This document shows, in pieces, positions 26,816 to 40,280 of a stretch of 64,000 bases of DNA (the first letter of the stretch is position 1; the number at the start of each line of letters is the position of its first letter). The translations under genes and the position numbers were made by a program. The stretch comes from Paramecium tetraurelia (lineage: Eukaryota): assembly GCA_000165425.1 (NCBI GenBank), contig CT868034.1:124001-188000 (forward strand), written 5' to 3'. A model generated the notes under the pieces. The model was not told the origin of the DNA. It did not search any database and saw only the letters and a list, made by a program, of their open reading frames with translations.

Positions 26816-29800
26816 ATGCTTGAAAGGATAAACAATTGGCCTGAAATTAATGGGAATACTAATCTTGAAAAAATCACTCTAGATACTATAAAATTAAAAT
26901 AACTCAATGGATTGTAATATGAAAATCCTGTAATGATTATATATTATTTAGGTAATAACTAATAAATGCTTGCATTTAAAAGTATGTTTTGAATTAAAGG
27001 AATTTGAAGTTTAGATTAACAATAATTAACCATTTGTTTGTAAAATCTGTAATTAAAATGCATAATAATATTCTGATCTAATGTGGGATATTAGAAATCA
27101 TGCTTATGAAGAATTTCACGAATTTGTTGATGAAATTCACATCATTTATGGATGTATGGTCAATAAATATTAGAGAAATAAAAAATATATAGACTTATTC
27201 ACTAAATTTGGCATTAAGGAACATTTTTTGAAATTAATAAGGTAAAGAGATTATTAGACAAATTTAAAGTCTCTAATTGAAAAGAATGTCTTTTAATAAA
27301 AAGCATTTTAACTTTACTGTCTTTTAGATTTTATAAAAATTAATATTCCTATTAGAATAAAAGGATGCTTGCATTTTGAATGCTATGAATTCACAAGTTT
27401 ACTATATTATTAATAAAATAATTAATAGAATTAGAACATCTTTTAATGTATTTATCCAGGATGCGAAATTCATTTAAATATTTCTAGTTTAGATACTTTT
27501 TTTGATGGAATTGTTGTTGATTAAGAACTTCTAAAAGAAATCAAGAAAAATAACCCAACTTCAATTATATTTAATATTGAGTAAGAAACTAAAACCATCA
27601 TTTAGAATACATATTTTCCTTTTTCTGAAATTTTAACTTAATACTCGAATAAATACAATTAATAATTTACAGAGTTATAATAATTAGAACTCTAAACTAG
27701 ATTTAATTAAGTCTTATAATCAATTACCCAAAGTAATTTATTACTTGATAAACCATAGTTAAAATAAAATTTATCATAAAGCACAATATCATTATAATTA
27801 TAAGATAATTTAGTTGATTAAATTACTAAATTAAAAATGGAATTACCAACAAGATGTATTAAATGTATAGATTTTAACAACTCAATTGACTTGCTAACAT
27901 ATGTTTTTGATTTTGTCTTTAAAAAACAAATTGATAATAAATAAAAGTACTCATGTCCTTTGTGTAATTAAACTTAAAATTAAATAATGGCAATTGACAA
28001 TCTAAATAAATACATTTACATTGACTAATTCTTATTATTAAAATTAATAAAATAGAAGAACGATAATAATGTATTATAATCTGAATGTGACTTTTTTGAA
28101 TCATATTTTAATAATTTATCATATGAAAATAATGTAATAGAAACAGTAATTTTTGACACATATTCATTATTGAATCACGCGACCAAAGTTAGATATAAAA
28201 ATCCAGTAAGATTGTTATATGACATAGGCTTTAACAAGAAAATGTTTACATCGAAAGACATGCTTTGAATTCAAAGAAGCTTTATAATAAATTCAATAAT
28301 AAAAACTTTATTAATGTCCACATTGCGATTAATAAGCAACTAACCTAGATGACTTAGTTTAAGATTGGAGAGTTGAAGCTTATAAAGAATTTTATGAAGA
28401 GGTTGATGAAGTAACAATAATAAAAGGGATTATGTTTAATAAATGCTGCAGAAATAAATCTAAAAATTTGAATTTTTTCACTTAGTCAAAATATGATAAG
28501 CAATTTAAACAAATATTTGAAAGAGTAGAGAATGATATGTAAATAGTATCATTAATCAGAAGAGACTTATAATAATAATAGATTTAAAACAATAATAATA
28601 AAATAATTTTCTTGTGTTTCTGTTTGTTAGATAAAGTGAAAATAAATATCCCTGTTAGAATAAGAGGATGTCAACATTATGAATGTTATGAATTAACTAG
28701 TTTATTATACTTTTAAGATTAAAATAGAAAAACAATACAATATTTAGAATGCAAACAACCATTTTGTTCAAATCGATTAAGAATTGCACACAAAAACTAT
28801 TCTATATAATCTGAATCTTATAACAGTAAAGAATTAGATGAACAATAAAAAATACTTGATATCTAAACATTATTTTCAGGCATATCTGTTGATTTGGATT
28901 TATTAAATGTCATTAAAAAGAGTAATCCAAGCTCATTCAAATTTTACTATAATAAAAAAACCGAAAATATTGAAGAAGATATAAATAAAATAGACGGCAA
29001 AGTTGTAGATCCATTCATTATAAAATTCTACGAATAACATCCAGAGTTATAAAAAAAAATGCACTACTAAGAATTCCAAAAAATCATATTACAACAGATA
29101 ATTTTAGTGGATCAAGGAGATCTCTTATAGGTGGATAGAGATATATGCAAAAAATTGGCTTTGTATAAATACAGAAATTTCCAAGTAAATATGATAGACA
29201 AATTAACATAACTTACAATTGAATATCCAGTTAGATGTAAACTTTGTCCAAATCTAGAAGTTTGTATGGATATTAGAAGTTATATTGCACAATTTATTTA
29301 TTTTAAAAAGATGTTTCCAACAAAAGGTTATGTTTGTCCATTATGTAATTAATAATTAGGATAATATATTCTACCAATGAAAATTTAAAATTACATATAT
29401 TTAGATCCAAATATACTTTCATATATGTTTAAAGACATGTCTTACACTAATGGAATTAATATTTTTGAATATAAAGGAGAATAATATTTGTGGTAAGAAT
29501 TTAATTATAGATACAAAATTAAAAGAGAAGATTATGTTTCAGATTTATATCAAAGATAGGTTGTATTTAGGCAACTGTTTTGTAATTTTAATAAAGAATT
29601 GAGAATTCAATAACCTTTAATCCTTTAACAATGTCCTTATAGAATAATTGTTGATTTTAAATCATTTTATCAAGAATTAACGAAAATAAACTTTGATTTA
29701 GAAAAATAAGGACTTATCTTATGTAGATGCAATTATTGTCATAGCAATCCCATTAAGGTTATCGCAGGATAAATCTATTTTCATGAAGCCTTTTATGAAG

Positions 29801-30236
29801 CTCTAAATAAATATTATCAAATCTAAGATAATAATCAAAATGAGTCTCACTTTACATATACATTTGCTGATACAGAGAGAGATAGTTATATCAAAACAGT
29901 TCAACTTATCTTACCTTTAAAAATTAATTCTTAAAGGGAAAATGGTAGCTTTTGGGATATGATGTCTGATGAAAAGTATCAAAGTTTATTTAGAGGATCT
30001 GAAATATAAGGGTACAAATTCAAGTTATTTGCTATTAAAATGCAAATTATATAAATACCAATCGTATTAGACAAAGAAGGAATACATGCTAATATAATGT
30101 ATAATTTCAATTAAAATATTAATGAAGAATTAAAAAAATTTTAAGTTTGTAATAAGTAGGAATTACTTTAGTATTACACCTTGGTGAAATATTTGATTTT
30201 ATTAGTGGTGATATAGAATTCTTTATAAATAAATGA
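26816..30236 (+). CDS. Poly-SP-RING (MIZ zinc finger-like) protein copy A, 7 fingers, ~1120 aa
   Basis: Repeated PxRxxxCxHxxC(F/Y)(E/D)...CxxC units, e.g. FYCLLDFIKINIPIRIKGCLHFECYE..CIYPGC and FCLLDKVKINIPVRIRGCQHYECYE..CKQPFC; 22-nt introns 26930-26951 and 28206-28227; two +1 indels near 30140-30155. Confidence 0.85.
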
Positions 30237-30788
30237 GTATTTGATAATAATATTATATAAATGAACAAAAGATGAATTATTTAGATGCCGTTGCAAACCA
30301 AATAAATCTATATATAATATTCATTTAATATATATTAATAATTTGAAATTTACTAAGTACTATCAATCAAATTTTCAAAAACAATTTTTTAATCAAAGTA
30401 GTACTAATCAACCAAAACAGAATAACATATTAAGTTTGATTAGATTCTTTAATTCCAAAATTATTATTATTATTAATTTTCTAAAATTTACTTATGATTT
30501 ATGTTATTAATTCTAAATTTTTTCTTCTGATGAATCATGTGTGATTATAAAGCTAAAATTAATTTACTTGTTTGCTAATGAAATTTTAGATCTATTTAAT
30601 AACATTTTATAATTTAATAGCATTTAGAATCATCTATTTAGTCTATTGTATTGTTAGTTATTTCATTTAATTACATATATCATTAAAGTATTCAACTTAC
30701 TTCAATTTATCAATTTAATATGAACTTATTATTTCGAAATAAAAATATAATGAAAATGATTGGTAAAAATAAGTTAAAAATATATTAA

Positions 30789-31963
30789 TCAGAATTTTGA
30801 TGGTTCAGCTGTCACAGGTTCATTTGAATCATGGCTATATCCCTCAAATTAGGCTTTATAGATCTGTAAAATATACCCTAAATAGAATTACGCCTTAGCA
30901 TAATATCATTTTCCTTTGTATCCTGCTCAGTATCCTATGTTGATCCACCCGAATTGCTATAACTACGTGGCAAGTATGGGGGCTGTAATTCTTTATTGAG
31001 TAATTTATTCCATTAAAATCCATTGAACCATGAATGATTCTTAACAGCTTCTGGATTATCGGAGCCTAATCTTTAAGCAGGTTTTCTTTGGATTAACTGA
31101 ATTAATCATCATTTTAAATTTACCTAATTTGCGAAATCAGCAGCGTCTAAGGACCATGAAGTAGGCACTTCATTTTTCTTAATTTAAACTTACTTTGCTA
31201 ACACGCTATCTCTTATTTCTTGTCTAGATCTCCCAACATATGGTCTTCTCCCCAACATACATTCATAGACAATCACTCCTAAGGCAAAATAATCTACAGC
31301 AATCCCATGATTTTATCTGCACAATACTTCTGGTGCCATATATCCTGGAGTTCCACTGGTATCAGCTGAATTGTCTGGTCTCCAAATTCTGGCTATACCC
31401 AAATCTGTTAATCGCAAATAGCCTTCTGAGTCAAATACTAAATTCTCTGGCTTTAAATCTCTATGAATTATTCCTTGTGAATGCAGATATTCTAGGGCTA
31501 TTATGATGCAGGCACAAAAAAATTCTAAAATAAAAACTGATGTTACTTGTTTCTTCTTCTGAAAATTTTTTATTTTTGCCAATATGATATCTCAGATCTC
31601 CTCCACTTAATAAATCCATAACTAAGTATAAATTCTCTCTGTCTTAGAATGCAGCAACCATATTTATTAATGATGGATGTCTAAGTTGACATAAAAGTGT
31701 CCTCTCATTCATTACTGAAGGTACGCTTTTCTTTGCAATAATTCTAAGTTTTAAAACACTAATTTACTTTGCCTTTGACATCATTTTCAATGCAAAATAA
31801 CTTTTGTTTTTTCTTTTCTTCACCTTCCAAACTTTTCCAAATCCTCCTTTTCCTAAGACTTCAATAAACTCAAAATTGTGGACAGAAAGAACTAGGATAT
31901 GTCTATTTAAGTACTTGATGAATCTGAAAAGTCTTTCTTGTCAGTAATGTTACAATTGCCCAT
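30789..31963 (-). CDS. AGC-group Ser/Thr protein kinase (YANK/STK32-like), probable N-myristoylation
   Basis: MGNC start, [43 protein letters not shown]; five tiny introns. Confidence 0.93.
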
Positions 31964-32581
31964 TATTTAATTAATTTTAAGTTATAATTCAAACTCAACG
32001 TCTTCAATTAATGCTGGGTCGACTCATTAATACACTCTCCACTTCACTTTACCCATCATATGAATGAGGTCTAAAAATAATAAAAAAATTGTTATTATAA
32101 CAACTTCAAACTATAGTCCTTATAAGATCAGATAAAAATACAAAAAGAAACTTAAAGCTAATCCTCTAATGTATATCTAATATTTTTTCAATGTTCCAAT
32201 ATTGATATTATCTATTCTAATAGGTTATTAGTTAATAATAAGGCAATATTCAAAAGTTCAGCTTCAATCACTTTACGATTTCATACAAGATAGTTGAAAT
32301 AGTGATTGTCTAAATTGTGTGCATATTTTTCGTTTATAGCTGATGCATATATTAATTATTCATTTTTAAATATTAATAAATAACTTCTAATCTAATAAGT
32401 TAAACTTTTATATTTTTTCATTTATTTATTTGATTTATAAATTTTTTATTTTTATTATGTTCATCAACTAACTATTCAGAAATTTGAAATAATATTTTTA
32501 TAAATACTTTATACTAAAATTAAATGCATAAGGATAAAAAGAATTTCTTTATTTTATAATCAAAAGTATATTTTTAGAATT

Positions 32582-34798
32582 ATGTAATATAATCCAAAAA
32601 TTCTCTAAAATATTGTTGTTTAAATTCTTAGGAAATGCAATAGTGAACTTTTTAATTATGATGTTTCCTTAAGCGCGACATAGCTTACAATAATATATAA
32701 GAATCTAATAGTGATCCTTCTAGATCTCAATTATTTTTATGTAATTTAGTGTGATAATTAATAATTAAAGTAACTAAATATGAAGTAAACAAAAAAAAGT
32801 GTTTGACAAATAACCTCTTCTATCAATTGATTATCTACTTATTTATATATAAAATAACAACAATGATATGACGTATAATTGGAAGTGCCTCTAATCGTTT
32901 TAGAATTATGTAAAAACGGATAAATTAAATAAAAACGAAAACTAAACAAAAAAAACAATAGATGTCTAGAGGTTAAATAATAAAATATGAGGTAGATATG
33001 TACGAAAGCAAATCGAAAAGAAAAAACGATAAACGCAAACAAAATCAGCAATCTCCAATCGCAGATTATGAAAATGATAAAAAAAAGGTGGGCAGGTGGA
33101 CACCCGAAGAGGATGAGAAGCTTTAAAAATTGATTGAAGGTTTTCTATTGAATTTTATTTGTAGAATATGGAGAAAAGAGTTGGCGAATCATAAGTGACA
33201 TGATGGAAGGTCGAAGTGCCATACAGTGTTTGCACAGATGGACTAAAATACTTAAACCAGGACTGAAGAAAGGTACTTTTGGTGTGTTTATAGTTTAGGA
33301 CCTTGGCAAGATGATGAGGATGAGAAGCTATTGGAATGGGTCAAGAATAATGGGCCTTGTAAATGGTCTTTATGTGCTGAAAATATTGCCGGAAGGTCAG
33401 GAAAGCAGTGCAGAGAACGATGGTTCAATAATCTCAATCCAAATGTTAAAAAAGGAGGCTGGACATCTGGTTTTTATCTAATCACTATTCGTAGAGGAGG
33501 ATCATGAAATATTTAAAGGGTATCTACAGTACTCATCATCTTGGTCAAAAATTGCTAAGAACTTATCAGGTAGAACTGAAAATTCTGTGAAGAACAGGTT
33601 TTATTCCACTGTTAGAAAATTATTGGCTGATTAAGAAAAAAATGGGATATCACTAAAGGTAAATCCATTTTATTTATTTTAGATGCTTGAGGCACAAGGA
33701 GAAAATGGCACTTCCGCTTTACAGACCTTTGTAAAAGAGCATCTATAAAAATATGAATAGCAAATGTAAATGTAAATGGAATAAGAAGAGCCTGAGTCAG
33801 ATAAATCAATGTAAGATGAAAAAGTGGAAGAATCTGAAATTAAATCTGAAGATGATGATGATAGTAAATCAAGAAAGAAAATGCAAGCAGAAACATATTA
33901 AGAATAGAACCTACTTTATAGGTTACTTAAACAATAAGGAGGACCAATAAAAAGAACTTCCTGTATGAAGGATTATTCAACAATCTATAAAAAATATAAA
34001 AAAAGGTACAACCAAAAAAAGAAAGATAAAAAATTATCAGATAAAGTTGAGAATCTAAGAAAGATGATACTTAAAAAGGAGGATTATAAAAATTCCTCAG
34101 AAGAAAAAGAATTAGACTTCTAATAAAATCTTGAACAATAATTGGCTAATTTTTCTCAATAAAAAATAGATGCTCAATCCCAAAATGGTGATTCTGATAA
34201 AATGAATGAATTCCAAGAAAAATTATTGGCATTCTTCAATCAACAATTAAATGAAGTAATGAAAAAATTTTATGTTGAAATGGGCGATCCTAAATAATAA
34301 GCCAAATGGCAAATGATTCTCGCTTCTGATGATAATAATAAAATATAATAGTAGTACTAACAATAATAGTAATAGCAATAATAATAATAATAATAATAAC
34401 AATAACAATAATAATTACAAGAAAGCAAAAAAAAAACCAAAAGACAAATTGCAAAAAGTGCTAAAGTCAAGGAAGAAGAAGTTGAATAAAATTAAATGGT
34501 TATGAATACATTCCTGCAGAAATTTAATCATCTTGGTTAAATTGGAATCACTCAATTAGGGTATCATTCTAATAATACTTTAGAGCTAATGTAAATGAGG
34601 GGAAAAATGAAACTGAAAAATTAAATGGTCTAGGATGCTAAAATTGATTAAAAAATGATGTTCCTTATTAGTTAGTTACACACTTTAGAGAATATGTTAG
34701 GCGATACAAAAAAAGAATTCAGCAGATTGGAAGCTAGTCTTTATGAAAAAATCAACAATACTTCATTTCACTCTAATAATTCGAGTGAAAAGAACTGA
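32582..34798 (+). CDS. Three-repeat (R1R2R3) Myb transcription factor
   Basis: GRWTPEEDEKL...QCLHRW, KGPWQDDEDEKL...GRSGKQCRERWFNNLNP, KGGWTSEED...GRTENSVKNRFYS; polyQ near 34350-34420; start approximate. Confidence 0.9.
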
Positions 34799-35303
34799 TA
34801 CTTAATTATTGTTATTTAAATTCTTTGATTTTGTGTCAGCCATATAAAAACCTAAAGTTTTTCTTTATTTTCTTTAACCATAATCTCAATTCTATCAAAT
34901 TATATTTAGAGATGTATGTTTGGTTATAAATGAAATTTGTGGTTTTTAAGTTTCTCCTCTCGACATTGTTACATTATCATGATTAGTACTTCAATAGAAG
35001 TTTTTTTCTTTTAAGAATTTCTAGTTTTGGCAATTACTTTATAACACTACATTTAGCTTTTGTATAAATATAATAAAATTTCTTTTAAAAATTAGTATTT
35101 TTTATTAATACAAAAAGTTAATAGAAGGATATAAATGTATATGTGTATTCCCTACAAAGAATTTACACAATACCAAAACCAATAGTTGAGTCACACACTT
35201 AGATTTTATAAAGGAATAAGTTTTACAATGTTTGGATTTACAAAAAACCTTATTTTTTTTATTATTTAGAGATATATTGAAACGAAACTTATATAATAGA
35301 ACT

Positions 35304-36144
35304 TCAAATCTTTTGTTTTGGAGTCCTTTAATGAGTTAAACCTTTGTTTTTGGTAATGTGTTTGTTTATTTTTTAATTTCTTATTTTACTTTTAGAATCT
35401 TCATTTTCTTATTTACCGATTTCAATTTCTTAAGCCTTGAGTATTTTATTATGTATATGTTTGGATAGTTTAAGAATACACTCTGTAAATTAGATTGAAT
35501 GTTCCTGAAGATATGCAACAATTGCTAGTGCGAGTTCTATATGAGAATGTTTGTAAATATCGAAATCTACATTAATTATAAACATTACCTAGGAGAATAA
35601 ATATTAACAAACTCTAGACATTTTCATTTATTTCAATATTCATTGCCAATAGATAATCTGATGAGGTAATGTAGTTTAGTTGAAATCCCATAACTTTGAT
35701 TATCTACTCTTCCATTTCATCGTACTCTCCCTTCTAGTATAGATTCTGACCATTAGAATCATATAAATTAATCTAACTCACAGTTTCTGTTTCATTAAAC
35801 TATAAATTGTTTCCATTTTTACTTTAGTTGCTAAAGAATAGGCTGAAATTCCTAGTAACTGTAGGTATTCCTAAGTTATCTTAAAATAATTAAGATAAGA
35901 ATCAATATATATGACTGCCAGTTCTATAGTTTTTAGAGAATGTCTAAATTACGAAGCTTACTAATTATAATTGAATATAGATACGGCAACAATCCATTAA
36001 ACGAGAATATCTCTTCTACATATGCCTTATGAATCATTCTAATAGAATTCATTCAACTGAATTATTGGTTTAGACTAAGAATTTTAAAAAGACAGATACT
36101 TTTTCTCGAATTAATAAATCTCTTATTTGAGAAGAATAAAGCAT
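35304..36144 (-). CDS. Cyclin (divergent cyclin-box protein)
   Basis: RRDILVQWIVAQASQF..TIELAVIYIDSYL..YLQLLGISAYSLATKFNE...EMEEQIIKVMGFQL; three tiny introns. Confidence 0.85.
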
Positions 36145-37165
36145 TCTGATTTAATATCTAAATAATAATAATAAATCATAGCCCACTTAAAATTCAAATT
36201 TATAGATAAATATTAAGGAGGGTCTTAATATTTTATCGAATCAAAGTTAAATTACAAAGTTTCATGAACAATATATACTTATATTTATCCTCTCACTAGC
36301 TTTGTGATTATTTCTAACGCCACAGTCTGTGGATCACCTTAGGATTTGAATTACAAATTAGAAAATCAACTTCTTTATTTAAAATTGCTATTGAGATAAC
36401 TAAATATCCTAATTAATGGTAATATATATTTTTAAAGTTAAATTTTTTTCTGTATTAATTAAATATAGGCATTAATTTTAGATTGATAGACTGTTAAATT
36501 AGAAAAAATGATTGTATTTCAGAAAGTTTTTAGTTTAAATTCTATTAAGTTTAGTTTTCGAATGACACTGTTATTAAATCCAATTAGATATATATTATCT
36601 ATTATAATATTAGATTTTTTTTTGAATTTTGAGAATCAAGACTTAATTGCCAAAGATCTTGAGATATAATCATTTATGAATCAATATATTGAAATTTTAA
36701 ATTTTTTTAATAATAATTCGAATAAAGAGAAATGTATATTTAGTTATTAGAAAATTAAAATACACAAAATATACAATATTAAATGAATTTACAGAAATTG
36801 TAAAATTTAATACAACAATTTTGAAAATCAAAAGAAAAATGCTAAAATTTTGTTGTTTACTGCAATTCTACGGAGTTCAACTAAATTTTAGAGAACTTGA
36901 TTATTTTATATTCTTGTTTTATAATATTGCATGTAAATTTGTGTAATTATTTTAGATATAGTAAATGCTCTGGATATTATAATCTCTTTAAATCCAAAAC
37001 CTAGATTATATTGAATAAATAATTAATAAATATTGCTTTTAAAACAGCTAAATTACTTATTACTCTAAAATATCTAAATTTCTGATAATATTCTCCAAAA
37101 TATAAGTGAATATTATGATTTTTATTAAAAATATAAATAATAAATGGAAAGATATTTCTGATAAG

Positions 37166-38762
37166 TATATAATTATATATAAAATATAAGAGATATTAAT
37201 AATTTTGAGTCTTAAATTGATTGATTGAATAATAATAATTTCAACAAAATAATTTATTTTCTTCAATACTGAATATTTTTTATTGTAAAAACTTGGTTGT
37301 TAATGAGTTGATTAGACTATTGATTTTGAATACATTGTCATCAGTTCTTAATTCACCAATTAATACCATTTCAGCAGCAATTAAATAAGTAAGATCAACT
37401 GGATAAGCATGATCTAAACCTTTGATTTTATGATGTTCAATAGATGTATTAAAATCTAAAAAGTCCTTTAGTAATTTAGGATCAAAACATTCTTATTTAA
37501 CTCTAATTTTATCTTTACTAAGAATCAAAGTCTTAGATTTCACTTATTTATGCATTTATTCTTAAGTAAATGGGAATAACCATGGATCATAAGCAATAAC
37601 AGTATTAACATCGACTTCTTAAGCAACTCTAAGAACAGTTGCACCTCCAAATGAATGACCAATTAAATTAATTGATAATGGTTTAAAATCAAAGAATACA
37701 TCTTTAATTTGATTTGAATTCAATGTATTAATTAATTATTAAACTTGTTCAGTTCTCCATTCTAAATGAGCTGCTCTAACTTTTTAATATTTTTCAATTG
37801 TTTCTGGATAATTACCTGTATTATACATTTTAGTTCCTTTAGTATCCCAAGGATATACTAAATCATAATGTTATAATGAAAATACAACATATCCTTCACT
37901 TGCTAATTATTAACATAATGCTGTATATGCATTTCTATGTTATGAAAATCCATGACTAAATATAATTACATCTAATTCTGTATTTAATAATGGTTATTCA
38001 ACACTTGCTGTAAAATTAATGAAACTATATTTAAATATATTAATTACTTTAAGAGACCTAATCCAATATCAAATACCCATTCAGATGGAACCCATTTAGT
38101 TTATAAAACAGATATTTCATACAATTATTTAGCAAATTTATTATTAGGTAACCATTTATATTTAATATCTTCTTATTTATTATCAGCACATGGATAATAA
38201 ACAGATGTATCAGTTGATAAACTATCATTTAATTTGATTTATTTATAACAAGTTCTATATTTACCTGTTGTCTTTGGAAATTCATAAACAGGATAACTTA
38301 TTAAAGTCCAAATATATAAAATAGTTAATACAGCTGCTACTTAACATAATATTTTATCTGCAAATTACAATGCCTATTAATATAAAATGATCGAATACTC
38401 TATCAAAAAAGAAGAATGTATATGCTGCCATAATAAGAATTGAATTAAATCTAAATCCTTCAAAAAAGTATTTCAATATTAACCAAATACATAATCCAAA
38501 GAATCCAAATAAATCAAAATATGAATTATGATTAGCATGACTATTTCTATTCAATTTATTTATTAATTATACTTTTTCACAGGTCCTACATTATCTAAAT
38601 CCACTAATTTTTATTGAATTGGAAATATCACTGATTACATTTCGATCAAAATACAGAATACAACATGAGCAGCCAATATAAATTCTAATATAAACACCTT
38701 TCTCATATATTAAATATTTATTATTTTTAATAATCAAATCAATTATCATTAAATATAATTGT
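37166..38762. repeat. ~1.6 kb direct duplication, copy 2 (copy 1 at 19416-21012)
   Basis: Near-identical to 19416-21012. Confidence 0.95.
37241..38706 (-). CDS. PAF-acetylhydrolase-like alpha/beta hydrolase, copy 2
   Basis: Same frame, intron and GHSFGG/YDPW/H motifs as 19491-20956. Confidence 0.88.
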
Positions 38763-38900
38763 GCTTGATTATGTATATTTATTTTAATATATATAATTAT
38801 AATTAATCATAATATTGAAGAAAAACTGTTTAATTATTTTTGATTTTGGAGAGTTAAAGTCAAAATTTATGTTTTTTAAAATAATATAAGCACGAGAAAA

Positions 38901-39722
38901 TCATTAATTCGATAGACTGTTTATTTTTTATTGTAAGATTTTTTATCTTATGCAATTAATTCTAGCTGTTATATTTTCGAGATTTTTTTCATCAATCATT
39001 TCAGGGATATATTTGTATTTTTACTATGTAATTATTCTTTCAGCTTTAAAGGCTTTCTCTAGAATCTCTTATGTAACTGGAGAGCCTTTATTTGGTGATA
39101 ATTTTGGCCTTATACCAAGTTAAGCAGTATATGCTTCAGTTCTACTGAATTTATGCTGGGATAACCTGTTTTCATTTGGAAGTTATTGATCCATGAAAAC
39201 AAGCATAGGTTGTGTTTTTAAGATTTCTTATGGTTGATAATACCCTAAAGGAGGAGTCTAATTTTCAGTTTTATATTTTTTTCCAAGCCTTGGTGAATTG
39301 CAAATATTAGTTGTAAACTTTCTCATGATTCCATCGTTAAATTCTAATTTTTAATTCAACCCTGTGAGCGGCTTTTACACTTACAATTCTGTTTCAATAT
39401 TTAATTACATTTTTTTATCAAGTTGACGCAAATGAGTTAAGCTGCACCAATCAGAATTCCCATGAGTTGAATAAATCTCTTTAAGAAATTTCACTTTTCT
39501 ATTTCTATCACTATAACTATCAATTTATTACCTTTAAGATGCTTTCGAAGTGTTAGAGGTTGTTCTATCAAAAATATGTTCACTTTTTTTATTATTTGTT
39601 CTTGAAAAAGTTCTTTTTGTAAGACCCTTTAGATTTCCTAGTTCGTCTCTTTCATCTTTAAATGGAATAAATCCAGTGCCTTCTTGCTCTGCTTTTTCCT
39701 ATAAAAATATTAAAGCTTTCAT
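38901..39722 (-). CDS. Hypothetical basic protein
   Basis: Code-6 frame MKALIFLQEKAEQEGTGFIPFKDE...ENITARINCIRQKILQQKINSLSNQ-TGA. Confidence 0.65.
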
Positions 39723-40280
39723 TTGATTTATTTATAATTTCACTTTTATATACTATGAAAGTAAATAACTAATTTAAAAATCGTATTGTACAACTTCTAT
39801 GGGTCAAAAATAAAAGATCAACATTTAAGAAATTAATCACAATAAACATATAACTGTAGGTTACTTAAGTGATGACAATATTCTCTTTCATTTAGAATCA
39901 GTTAAAGCTTACACATAGAATTAAATTAGTTTAAATATAGAAGTTAAGATTTTTAGGGATCTAATAAGTGAATTATAACATAATGATATATTGTTGCTTT
40001 TAGAATTATTATAAAGATCTTAACTATTTAGGTTGAATAATACTTTTAGTTGAATTTCTATTTGAGGAAGAAGTAAATAAATAATTCATATTTTTAGGAT
40101 CACAAATTGATTATTTGAAGAATTAATTTAGGAAATTTAATAAGGAAATTAAATATGATATATAAATTTATGAAATGGTGATATTAAAAAGTAACAAAAT
40201 ACAATAAAGTCATAAATAGAGAATATTTTATAGAAGATTATTAAGTTTTTAAGGTAAAAGAAACTATAAATATGAAACAC

